DNA of 27,700 nucleotides, taken from assembly GCA_029856525.1 (NCBI GenBank), contig JAHQXC010000008.1, forward strand, positions 1 to 27,700, written 5' to 3'. The position numbers and the translations under genes were made by a program. The DNA comes from Candidatus Odinarchaeia archaeon (GTDB lineage: Archaea > Asgardarchaeota > Odinarchaeia > Odinarchaeales > Odinarchaeaceae). This document shows, piece after piece, positions 9,077 through 18,155 of this stretch (positions are counted from its first letter, which is position 1; each line of letters opens with the position of its first letter). The notes below the pieces were generated by a model. The model made no database searches, was not told the DNA's origin, and worked only from the letters and a program-made list of their open reading frames with translations.

Positions 9077-10750
9077 TTATTCTAAGCTTGATAAATCAAC
9101 TACTGTTCCGGATAGAATTTTAGCCGGTAATAAGAGATCGCTGAAAACCTGGCTGCGGCTTGTAAACGGTATTTTACTGAAACCTAGTAGAATAAGCGGT
9201 TTAGATAGGGATGAAACCTCTGAAATGGAGCTATAAGGTTCCTCATAGGTTATTTTAACAAGCCGTTCAAGATTATAGTAGATTATATCTCTTAAAACCA
9301 GCAGTAAAGGAGCCTCATTAGTTATTAATGGTGATAGTTTTTCAACGTTTTCATTTATTTCCACGTTAATCATACCATCTTCGAGAGCGATTACCCGTTT
9401 AATCTCCTGTAAAAGTTGTTTAATTCTATCAGGGTTTTCAACATAATTCAAGGAGAAATCTAATGTTATAGAAGATAAGGAGGCTTCAGGGTTAAAGCCG
9501 TTTATACCGCTAATATTAATTTTTGAATTAGCTAAATCAATCTCCTCTAAAGGTTCTCCAGTCTCTTTGAAAAGTTTAGCAGTGTATTTTAAGAGAGCGT
9601 TGTTTAAAACATCCGGTTTTAAATGTTTTTTATCAGCGGTGAAGCTTATAGTATAAGAGATGGTCCGCTTAGGAATGATCCCTATAGAGTCGAATTCCCT
9701 GTCGACAAGCATGATCGTGTAGTCTGATTTCTTAGTGAGTTCAACGAGATAGTTCGCTTTCTCTTTCAGGTTATCACTGAATATTATATAGAAGTTAATT
9801 TTACCGGTTAGATTATATCTTTTTAAAGCTATAGCGGTCAGCGCTATGCTGATCAAGCATTTTTTAAAATACTCGATGCCATTAAGATTTAAATCTAGTA
9901 TGATATTCAGTACAGGTTTTTGAGAGTCGTCGAATATTTTTAAACAGGTGTTACCGGCCTCTAAAGAATAGTCTAACCCATTCTCTTTGAGTAATCTGAA
10001 AAGAGATCCCTCCATCCTAGGGAATTGCTCTAGTTCTCTAACTATATCGATAGCTAACAAGTCCTCGGCAATAGAGTTAAGCGTAGGCGTGTTTTTATCA
10101 AACCACTGGTAGAAGTTATAGACTTTGCTTGAAAGAGATTTAGGTGATTCAAACACTTTAGGAACGGTTAGAACGGGTTTACTTATAGTTGAAGGCTGTT
10201 TAATAGTAGGCTCAGGGATGTGAACGCCTCGCGTTAACTCTTTAGCTGAAGAAACAGCGTTTGAAGCTATTCTCATGAAAGCGTCAGCTACATTCTGATC
10301 TAGTTTAGCGCTTGTCTCAATATATTCTACTGAAAGACGCTCGCATAGTTTTTTAGCCTCCTCGTATGAAACCTCTCTAGGTAAATCGATTTTATTCCCT
10401 ACAACGATTACAGGTATTTTTTTAAGAGCTGAGATTATGTCGGCGTGCCAGGCGGGAACGCTTTCAAATGAACGCCTATTAGTTACATCATATACTATTA
10501 GAGCAGCTTTAGCGCCAGGGTAAAATGCTCTTCGAAGATCGCGGAAAAGTTCCTGGCCGCCTAAATCCCAGATTTGAAGTTTAACCTCCTCTCCGTTAAC
10601 AATCACGTTTTTAACAGCGAAGTCTGTTCCTAAAGTCTTCTTATACTCGGCGCTGAACCTGTTCTCAGTAAATCTTAAGAGAAGCGAGGTTTTACCTACA
10701 CGGCCATCTCCTACTAGAATTACTTTAAAAACATATTTTGAAGGCGGCAT
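9077..10750 (-). CDS. Rab-like small GTPase fused to a degenerate M20 (ArgE/DapE-like) fold
   Basis: aa 1-168: G1 GDGRVGKT, G2 T, G3 WDLGGQ, G4 NKID, G5 ETSAK, RabF-like LGTDF, KLQIW, FYPGA, IVYDVT. Pro-rich linker aa 170-205. The GTPase domain is near-certain; the M20-like reading of aa 206-557 is by eye only. Confidence 0.85.
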   Translation of the reverse strand: MPPSKYVFKVILVGDGRVGKTSLLLRFTENRFSAEYKKTLGTDFAVKNVIVNGEEVKLQIWDLGGQELFRDLRRAFYPGAKAALIVYDVTNRRSFESVPAWHADIISALKKIPVIVVGNKIDLPREVSYEEAKKLCERLSVEYIETSAKLDQNVADAFMRIASNAVSSAKELTRGVHIPEPTIKQPSTISKPVLTVPKVFESPKSLSSKVYNFYQWFDKNTPTLNSIAEDLLAIDIVRELEQFPRMEGSLFRLLKENGLDYSLEAGNTCLKIFDDSQKPVLNIILDLNLNGIEYFKKCLISIALTAIALKRYNLTGKINFYIIFSDNLKEKANYLVELTKKSDYTIMLVDREFDSIGIIPKRTISYTISFTADKKHLKPDVLNNALLKYTAKLFKETGEPLEEIDLANSKINISGINGFNPEASLSSITLDFSLNYVENPDRIKQLLQEIKRVIALEDGMINVEINENVEKLSPLITNEAPLLLVLRDIIYYNLERLVKITYEEPYSSISEVSSLSKPLILLGFSKIPFTSRSQVFSDLLLPAKILSGTVVDLSSLE

Positions 10751-10805
10751 CCAGTCCCCCGCTTTTATTTTATATCTAATTTAAAGCTTAATCTCTAAAT
10801 AAATA

Positions 10806-11804
10806 CTATCTTCTAAGAATTGCAAGCTCTAGAATATCGTTTAAAACAGAGCTGGCTGTTTCCACTCCGCCTGCGCCTCTTCCAATCAGAGTTAAATCTT
10901 TAGCGAGATCTGTTTGAAGCTTAACCACGTTCAGTGAGCCGCTGACAGCGAAAGATGAACCGACTTCTACAAGTCTAGGAGCTACTTCTAAAACCCCGTC
11001 CTCGCTTATAGCTAAATGTTTAATTAGAAAACCGTCTTTTCGAGCCAGTTCAATAGCTTCAGGGGTTATATCCCTTATACCCTGCCTGTTAACGTCTTTA
11101 AATCGACATTCCTTTCTTAACAAAGCGTTAGATAATATTACCAGTTTAGCAGCTGCATCAATACCGTCAACGTCATAGGAGGGGTCGGCTTCAGCGAAAC
11201 CTAGCCTCTGAGCCTCTTTTAAAACGGTTTTAAAAGGCAGCTTCTCGCTTGTCATCCTAGAGAGAATATAATTGGTGGTGCCGTTTAAAATACCTTTAAC
11301 TGAGATTATTCTATTAGCGCGTAAAGTGTTTCTTACAAGATTGAAGAGGGGGATAGCTCCGGCTACAGTGGCTTCGAATAATATTCTCCTTTTCACCTGC
11401 CTCGCTAACTCCATTAATTCAGGATAGTATAATGCCAACGGACCTTTATTAGCGGTAACAACATCCATTCCATACCCTAAAGCTGTTTTTATATGTGATA
11501 GTCCTGGTTCACTCGTCTCAACATTTGTAGGTGTTAATTCTACTGCACAGTCACAGTTTAACTCTCCGGCTATTTTATTAAAATTAGCTGCTTCAACCCA
11601 CTCCTCTTCGCTTCTATAATTCTGCGAGTTAATAATTTTTTCTAAATCTAAACCGTTAGTATTTATGAACGCGCCGTCTTTCTTAAACACGCCTACGGTT
11701 TTTATTTCAACACCGTACTCGTCTAAAATCAGCTTGGATTTCTCAGCTAAAACTTTTAAAAGAGACTTTGCTACTGTACCGAAGCCTATAACAGCGATTC
11801 TCAT
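10806..11804 (-). CDS. hom: Homoserine dehydrogenase (no fused ACT domain)
   Basis: IAVIGFGTV, VVTANKGP, FEATVAGAIP, GILNGTTNYIL, EADPSYDVDGIDAAAKL, GRGAGGVETAS. Confidence 0.95.
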   Translation of the reverse strand: MRIAVIGFGTVAKSLLKVLAEKSKLILDEYGVEIKTVGVFKKDGAFINTNGLDLEKIINSQNYRSEEEWVEAANFNKIAGELNCDCAVELTPTNVETSEPGLSHIKTALGYGMDVVTANKGPLALYYPELMELARQVKRRILFEATVAGAIPLFNLVRNTLRANRIISVKGILNGTTNYILSRMTSEKLPFKTVLKEAQRLGFAEADPSYDVDGIDAAAKLVILSNALLRKECRFKDVNRQGIRDITPEAIELARKDGFLIKHLAISEDGVLEVAPRLVEVGSSFAVSGSLNVVKLQTDLAKDLTLIGRGAGGVETASSVLNDILELAILRR

Positions 11805-12295
11805 TCTCTAACACTCCTTATTAAATACAGATTTTTCTTTTTACAGATCTGTTTTAAAAGTTCAATACCTTTACTAAGCTTCTCCTCGGAATTACTCTGT
11901 AAAACCATTTTCACAGATGAAACCTCTTCTATTAAAGTTATACGCGCATCTACGCTAGCAACCTGTATACCGCTGTTAGCTATCTGTATTATAGTATCCG
12001 TGATATCTGTGGTGAAAACATGACCGATCAAGATAACAGTCTCCCTGAAGGTTTGAATATTAGGACTGTAACTTATTATTACAATCCCCTCTCTCCTCAG
12101 CGATTCAACAACAGTGTCAACGTTTACTCTATCATCAGCTTCAAACGAGATCTCAACTCTAGCTGTATCCTCTCTATCAAGCTCTCTAACATGGTGTATG
12201 TTTAAAATATTACATCCACACTCAGCTAAAGGTGTGATTATACGAGCCAGCTGGCCGGGTCTATCCGATAACTCGACTACTATCATCCCTCTCAA
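11801..12295 (-). CDS. Stand-alone tandem ACT-domain protein, probable allosteric partner of Hom
   Basis: VELSDRPGQL..GCNILNIHH (ACT signature) plus a second ACT-like repeat (VILIGHV..DITDTI). 4-bp overlap with hom. TTG start at 12295 (ATG 12286 is an alternative). Confidence 0.8.
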   Translation of the reverse strand: MRGMIVVELSDRPGQLARIITPLAECGCNILNIHHVRELDREDTARVEISFEADDRVNVDTVVESLRREGIVIISYSPNIQTFRETVILIGHVFTTDITDTIIQIANSGIQVASVDARITLIEEVSSVKMVLQSNSEEKLSKGIELLKQICKKKNLYLIRSVRE

Positions 12296-12421
12296 TTAAA
12301 ACACCAGTCTTATAGTAATTGTGCATGTCTTAAATAACTTTACGGAATATAATTAAATCTAATAATTCAGTTATTATACTTTTAAAACAATGAGTGTAAA
12401 AAATGCTAAAGGTAATGTTCT

Positions 12422-13417
12422 ATGAATAAGCTTAAGCTTTACATCACAAGAGAGATTATTAACCCTATGTACGAGCAATTAGCGGAATACTATGAAATAG
12501 AGGTGAACAAATCTAATAAACCTTTAAGCGTGGATGAGTTGAAAGATAAAATTAAAGATAAAGACGCGCTTATATCGATGCTTTCAGATCCGTTAGGGAG
12601 AGAAGTTTTATCAGCTGCTAAAAAGTTAAGGATAATCTCACAGTATGCGGTGGGCTATGATAACATAGATTTAGAATATGCTAATAAGCGAGGTATCACC
12701 GTCACGAACACACCTGACGTTCTCACAGAGACTACAGCGGATATTACATGGGCGCTTATCCTATCCGTGTCTAGGAGGATATGCGAAGCGGATCGCTATG
12801 TTAAAAACGGCTTATGGACTGAGGGATGGGGGCCTAAACTATTACTGGGAAGAGATGTATACGGTAAAATTTTAGGTATAATCGGATTCGGTAGGATAGG
12901 GCAAGCTGTCGCCCGTAGAGCTGTAGGCTTCAATATGAGAATTCTATATTATAGTCGTAATAGGAGAATAGACTTAGAGAATGAGTTGAAAGCGGAATAT
13001 GTTGACCTGGACACGCTTTTAAAAGAGTCTGATTATATCACAATACATACTCCGTTAACCGGGCAAACATATCATTTACTAGGTGAAAGAGAGTTTAAGA
13101 TGATGAAGAAAACCGCTTATTTAATAAACACTTCTAGAGGTAAAGTTATCGATGAAAAGGCTTTGATTAAAGCCTTAAACGAGGGTTGGATAAGCGGCGC
13201 CGGATTAGATGTCTTCCATAATGAGCCTATTGAAATAGATAACCCTCTTCTAAAAATGGATAATGTGGTTTTAACACCTCACATAGGGAGTGCAAGTATT
13301 GAAACTCGCACTCGTATGGCGGAGGTTGTTGCACAAAATCTGATAGCGTTCGCTAAAGGTTTAAATCCGCCTAACATGGTTAACGTAAAGAGGGAACTAG
13401 ATGAAAATAAAAAATAA
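12422..13417 (+). CDS. gyaR: Glyoxylate/hydroxypyruvate reductase (D-2-hydroxyacid dehydrogenase family)
   Basis: AVGYDNID, NTPDVLTETTAD, GIIGFGRIG, INTSRG, LDVF..EP, TPHIGSA. Confidence 0.9.
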   Translation: MNKLKLYITREIINPMYEQLAEYYEIEVNKSNKPLSVDELKDKIKDKDALISMLSDPLGREVLSAAKKLRIISQYAVGYDNIDLEYANKRGITVTNTPDVLTETTADITWALILSVSRRICEADRYVKNGLWTEGWGPKLLLGRDVYGKILGIIGFGRIGQAVARRAVGFNMRILYYSRNRRIDLENELKAEYVDLDTLLKESDYITIHTPLTGQTYHLLGEREFKMMKKTAYLINTSRGKVIDEKALIKALNEGWISGAGLDVFHNEPIEIDNPLLKMDNVVLTPHIGSASIETRTRMAEVVAQNLIAFAKGLNPPNMVNVKRELDENKK

Positions 13418-14783
13418 AGATGAAATAATCGGCAACACTCTCACCGATAAGCGTAGAGCAGCTAGAAGCATGATGTTAGAGCTTGTTGAACAAGCCTTAA
13501 ACTCTGTGCACCCTCGAAACCTCCTTACAGATAAAATACTTGTTGAAAAAGATTATATTAGAATAGCCGGTGTTAAAATAGATATAAACAAGGTTAAAGC
13601 GATACATGTAGTAGGCGGGGGAAAGGGAAGCGGGTATCTTGCAGAAGTATTAGAAGAAAAACTAGGTGATTATATAGTCGACGGGGTTGTCTCAGTTTTA
13701 ACTGGAACAGCTAAATATTTTAACACTAATAAGATTAAAATCGTAGAAGCCTCTCACCCCATCCCTGATGAAAGCTGTATTAAAGCAGCGGAGAGCGTTC
13801 TTAACATAGTGAAGGAGGCTGGGGAAAGAGACTTAATTCTCTGCCTTTTAACCGGAGGAGCTTCAGCCCTGTTAACATACCCTGTTAAAGAGATACCTTT
13901 AAAAGACATTCAGGAAACTCATAGAGTTCTACTAGCCTCAGGCGCTAATATTGTTGAGATGAACGCTATAAAAAAACATTTATCGCTTTTAGCGGGGGGA
14001 AGGTTAGCTCAACAAGCTTATCCTAGAAAAGTTGTAAGCTTAATTATATCAGATGTTGTAGGCGATAGAGTAGATACTATAAGCGCTGGTCCAACAGCCC
14101 CTGATCAAACAACATTCAAAGATTGCATAAATATAATCGAGAAATACCAGATGAGAGATAAATTACCTGTATCAGTTTTAGATTATCTGAATAAAGGCGC
14201 TAACGGCTTATTAGCTGAAACCCCTAAAGAAACTGATCCTGTGTTTAAAAATGTTAGAAATATAATTATAGGCAGTAATAGAATCGCGTTAAACACTATA
14301 ATTACGCAGGCTAGAAAAACAGGGTTAAAACCTTTATTACTAACTTCAAGAGTTGAAGGTGAAGCTGAGGAGTTGGGAGTATTTCTAATGGCTATAGCTA
14401 AAGAGATAGCGGAGACGAATAAACCGGTTAGAAAACCGGCTTTAATAATATGCGGCGGCGAGAGCACTGTAACTTTAAAAGGTAAACCTGGATTCGGTGG
14501 ACGGAATCAAACTGTTAGTTTAAGCGCGCTTACAAAAATTAACGGTTTAGAGAACATCACTATTTGCTGTATAGGAACCGATGGTATTGACGGTAACAGT
14601 AAAGCTGCAGGCGCTATAGCAGACGCGGATACTTTGAAAAAAGCTTTAGAAAAAGGTTTAGACCCGTTAAGATATCTTTCAAATTTCGACTCCAACACTT
14701 TTTTCTCAAAAGTGGGAGGTGAAATAGTCACAGGACCTACAGGCACTAATGTAAACGATATATATATGATTATGATTTCATAG
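13401..14783 (+). CDS. gck: Glycerate 2-kinase (MOFRL family)
   Basis: GGGKG, EASHPIPD, GGASAL, ISDVVGD, GGESTV, GGRNQ, GTDGIDG, TGPTGTNVND. 17-bp overlap with gyaR. Confidence 0.92.
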   Translation: MKIKNKDEIIGNTLTDKRRAARSMMLELVEQALNSVHPRNLLTDKILVEKDYIRIAGVKIDINKVKAIHVVGGGKGSGYLAEVLEEKLGDYIVDGVVSVLTGTAKYFNTNKIKIVEASHPIPDESCIKAAESVLNIVKEAGERDLILCLLTGGASALLTYPVKEIPLKDIQETHRVLLASGANIVEMNAIKKHLSLLAGGRLAQQAYPRKVVSLIISDVVGDRVDTISAGPTAPDQTTFKDCINIIEKYQMRDKLPVSVLDYLNKGANGLLAETPKETDPVFKNVRNIIIGSNRIALNTIITQARKTGLKPLLLTSRVEGEAEELGVFLMAIAKEIAETNKPVRKPALIICGGESTVTLKGKPGFGGRNQTVSLSALTKINGLENITICCIGTDGIDGNSKAAGAIADADTLKKALEKGLDPLRYLSNFDSNTFFSKVGGEIVTGPTGTNVNDIYMIMIS

Positions 14784-14945
14784 CTTGTAGATTGAACCGT
14801 TATCAAATTGTTACCAGCCGCCTAATAAATTAGAAACCTGCGGCGAGTATTCTCTATAGGATATTTGAAGCTGCTAAAATTTAATTTAATGTATGTTTAA
14901 TTATATATAGCCAGTGTTAAAAACTTGATAAGAGAAGGTGAGTTC

Positions 14946-16229
14946 ATGAATGAGCCTAAAAGTGTAGATGTCGAAAAATACCCGTTCGATACAGTTGTAA
15001 ATTTACAAGGTCACTTACTCGACTCAAATATTTTCGCACAGGTTTTAGGAACAATATATGATTTAGACGGTGAAATTGAGATTATAGATTTGAAGGTTGG
15101 TAGAACTAAAGAGGATATATCATATGCTTCGATAAGAGTTTTCGCTAAGAGCAACGAAGAACTGCAACACATATTAGAGGTTATTCAAAAATATGGAGCC
15201 AGGTCCCCTGACTACGAAGATGTTGAATTAGCCCCTGCACCGGCGGATGGTGTTTTCCCGGATGGCTTCTACTCAACTACACATCACAAGACTTATGTTC
15301 GATATAAAGGGGAGTGGCTTGAAGTTAAAAACATGGAGATGGATAAGGGGATAATGATTAAAAACGGGGAGGCGCGCTGTATACCGCTAGCAAAGGTCAA
15401 GAAAGGAGACTTATTCGTAGTTGGGACTAAAGGTATTAGAGTGAAGCCTCCTGAAAGACCTAGGCGGAGGGGACTGTTCGAGTTTATGACTTCAAGTGTT
15501 TCAAGCGAGAGACCTGTGAAAGTCTACGCTGAAGCGATTAGTGAAGAAATGTATAAGGTGAAAGTGAAGGGGGGTCGAATAGTCATAGTAGCTGGACCCG
15601 CGGTCATACACTCCGGTGGGAGGGAGTACCTAGCAGAGTTGATTAAAATGGGTTACGTGGATGCTCTTTTAGCCGGTAACGCTTTAGCCGTCCATGATTT
15701 AGAAGCAAGCCTCTTCGGTACATCTCTTGGAATAAACTTGAAAACAGTTCAACCCATGGAGGGAGGGCACAGGAATCACCTAGTTACGATAAATGAGATT
15801 AGAAAAATAGGATCTATTAGAAAAGCTGTAGAGAATGGGATTATAAAAGACGGTATAATGTACGAGCTTATAACTAAAGGTATCCCGTTTATTCTAGCAG
15901 GTTCGATAAGAGATGACGGTCCTCTACCGGAGGTTATAACAAACACTATTGAAGCTCAGGATAAAATGAGGGAGGCTTTAAAAAACGTTGATTTAGTGAT
16001 AATGCTCGCTTCAACACTACACTCGATAGCGGTTGGAAACATGCTGCCTTCATGGGTTAAAACTATATGCGTCGACGTGAACCCTGCTGTCGTATCTAAG
16101 CTTATGGATCGTGGAACACAGCAAGCGATAGGAGTGGTAAGCGATGTAGGAGCCTTCCTACCTTTACTTGTTCAAAACCTTAAAAAACATGAGCCTTTAA
16201 AACCAGTGTTTAATAATAAGCCTGAATAG
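14946..16229 (+). CDS. TIGR00300-family protein (ArgZ/AgrE C-terminal-like, probable ornithine cyclodeaminase)
   Basis: GHLLDS, APADGVFPDGFYSTTHH, MEMDKGI, FEFMTSSVSSER, GPAVIHSG, GNALAVHDLE, LAGSIRDDGPLP, LHSIAVGNMLP. The frame is open from TTG 14925; ATG 14946 has GAAGGTG upstream. Confidence 0.85.
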   Translation: MNEPKSVDVEKYPFDTVVNLQGHLLDSNIFAQVLGTIYDLDGEIEIIDLKVGRTKEDISYASIRVFAKSNEELQHILEVIQKYGARSPDYEDVELAPAPADGVFPDGFYSTTHHKTYVRYKGEWLEVKNMEMDKGIMIKNGEARCIPLAKVKKGDLFVVGTKGIRVKPPERPRRRGLFEFMTSSVSSERPVKVYAEAISEEMYKVKVKGGRIVIVAGPAVIHSGGREYLAELIKMGYVDALLAGNALAVHDLEASLFGTSLGINLKTVQPMEGGHRNHLVTINEIRKIGSIRKAVENGIIKDGIMYELITKGIPFILAGSIRDDGPLPEVITNTIEAQDKMREALKNVDLVIMLASTLHSIAVGNMLPSWVKTICVDVNPAVVSKLMDRGTQQAIGVVSDVGAFLPLLVQNLKKHEPLKPVFNNKPE

Positions 16230-16246
16230 GGATTCAACTATAAAAC

Positions 16247-17071
16247 CTAGTATGAGTTGAACGCTAACTCGTCGAATTTAGGTAGCTCCCTTAGTTTACC
16301 TAGATACATGCCATCTAATAAATGGATCTCCGCGTTCTCCACGTCTATAAATTGAGGTTTTAAAACCGGTCCTAGAAATGGATTCACCTTATTCACGTTC
16401 ACAGGGGATCCTGTTATCAAAGGGTTAAAAGCGGGTATTATAATTACTTTAGTTGTTTCACGGTCATATGTAAATTCTCTCCCCTTTAATAGATTCTTTA
16501 AATTTTTTGGATTAAGCTTAGTTGTAATCCAAGCAGGCTCCGTAAACTTCTTATACAGTTGATCTACTAGCCTGACAGCTGGGTGAGTGTGAGCTACTAG
16601 CAGAATATCCGTGTTTAATACTTGAGCTGAGGGTCTGGTATGACCGTGAATGAATCCTATTCTAGTTTTTTTGAAATCTACTACCATACCGGTTGAATGC
16701 TCTAAGCGGATATAACCGGGTATTATTTTTTTTAAACCTGTATCATGATTTCCAGGTATCACCGTGATTTTAAGTTTCTTAGATAATTCTTTTAAGAATT
16801 CAGGAACGTGCACAGCTTCTAGTAGAGTGCTGAAAGGGATATTATGTTTAAGATCGCCGAGTATGAATAGCTCGGTTGCGTTAAAATTTAAAGCTATATT
16901 TAAGATAGCATCTGCAAGCCGGGTGCTTTGAGGAGTGATATTAATACCTTTCTCTCTGAACGAGTCTTCTACTCCAAGATGAAGATCAGCGATGCAGAGT
17001 ATTCTCCGATCATCCCCGGCTATTAGAAGAGCTGGTTCACCGGGGATCGGTTTTAAAACAATATTCTTCAT
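16247..17071 (-). CDS. Calcineurin-like metallophosphoesterase (archaeal ICC-like family)
   Basis: ADLHLG, GDLKH, PGNHD, HGH, AHTHP, IIIPAFN. Confidence 0.85.
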   Translation of the reverse strand: MKNIVLKPIPGEPALLIAGDDRRILCIADLHLGVEDSFREKGINITPQSTRLADAILNIALNFNATELFILGDLKHNIPFSTLLEAVHVPEFLKELSKKLKITVIPGNHDTGLKKIIPGYIRLEHSTGMVVDFKKTRIGFIHGHTRPSAQVLNTDILLVAHTHPAVRLVDQLYKKFTEPAWITTKLNPKNLKNLLKGREFTYDRETTKVIIIPAFNPLITGSPVNVNKVNPFLGPVLKPQFIDVENAEIHLLDGMYLGKLRELPKFDELAFNSY

Positions 17072-17094
17072 AAAAACCTTTTATTGACAGTATT

Positions 17095-17610
17095 TTACAC
17101 TCTGCGACCGCGGCGACCGCCTTTAACACGTGTGCCATCATGTGGAATAGGAGTGTTTTCCTCGATTCTACCGATTCTTAAACCGGCTCTAGCTAGAGCT
17201 CTTATAGCCGCTTGAGCTCCAGGACCAGGTGTAACCGCGCTTCGGCCTCCAGGCGCTCTCACCTTAATATGAATGCCAACTACTCCTTTATCTTTAGCAG
17301 CTTGAGCGGCTTTGAAAGCAGCCTGCATAGCAGCGTACGGGCTTGACTCCTCCCTGTCAGCTTTAACTATCATTCCACCGCTGTAACGGGCTATAGTCTC
17401 AGCTCCGCTTATATCAGTGATATGGACAATAGTATCGTTGAAGCTGCTGTATATGTGAGCTACACCCCAAAGCTGTTTTTCTTTAGATGTCTTAGATGGC
17501 ATATCGCTTGATTTAGCTGCGGCTTGTTGAACTTGACTTTTCTCCTCTGTTTTAGAGGTTGTTTTCTTAGTTTTAACGGTCTCAGCTTTATTTTCTTTAT
17601 TCTCACTCAT
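17095..17610 (-). CDS. rps11: 30S ribosomal protein uS11 with an N-terminal extension
   Basis: [60 protein letters not shown] 17610 used (TTG 17616 is in frame). Confidence 0.97.
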   Translation of the reverse strand: MSENKENKAETVKTKKTTSKTEEKSQVQQAAAKSSDMPSKTSKEKQLWGVAHIYSSFNDTIVHITDISGAETIARYSGGMIVKADREESSPYAAMQAAFKAAQAAKDKGVVGIHIKVRAPGGRSAVTPGPGAQAAIRALARAGLRIGRIEENTPIPHDGTRVKGGRRGRRV

Positions 17611-17632
17611 TCTCAAACACCTTGATAATTAT

Positions 17633-18145
17633 TCAGGCGGATACGCTAATATTGCTTTTAGCTTTAAAGGGACTGTTTAAAGCGTAATCCACTGTAGGCT
17701 CCTCGCTTAATAATACTAAATAACCTGGATTCTTCACAACTTTACCGTTAACAGCGATGTGACCGTGCGTTATAAGCTGCCTCGCCTGGTAGATTGTGCT
17801 AGCTAAGCCTTTCTTGTACACGATTGTTTGGAGACGTCTATTCAAGATATCTTCTACCGTTAAGCCTAGAATATCGTCTAAACTAGCTGTTTCAGAGATA
17901 AGGCCTAGACTACTCAATTTCCTAATTAAAATTGTTTCAGCTTCAACAGTTTTCTCTGTTTTAACACCTAGCAGTTTACGCGCTAACTGTCTGAATCTGG
18001 ATATCTGAGTCCTATGCTTCCATAACTCTCTTTTATTACGTAAACCGTACTTTCCAATATAAGGAAGCTCTTCCTGTAATCTCTCTTTCTGCCATGGGTG
18101 TCCAGGTTTAGAATATTTTTTGTGAAGTCTTCTCGGATCTCCCAA
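17633..18145 (-). CDS. rps4: 30S ribosomal protein uS4
   Basis: MGDPRR..KYSKPGHPW, YGLRNKRELW, RRLQTIVY..GLA..IYQARQLITHGHI. Confidence 0.97.
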   Translation of the reverse strand: MGDPRRLHKKYSKPGHPWQKERLQEELPYIGKYGLRNKRELWKHRTQISRFRQLARKLLGVKTEKTVEAETILIRKLSSLGLISETASLDDILGLTVEDILNRRLQTIVYKKGLASTIYQARQLITHGHIAVNGKVVKNPGYLVLLSEEPTVDYALNSPFKAKSNISVSA

Positions 18146-18155
18146 TCACATCACC

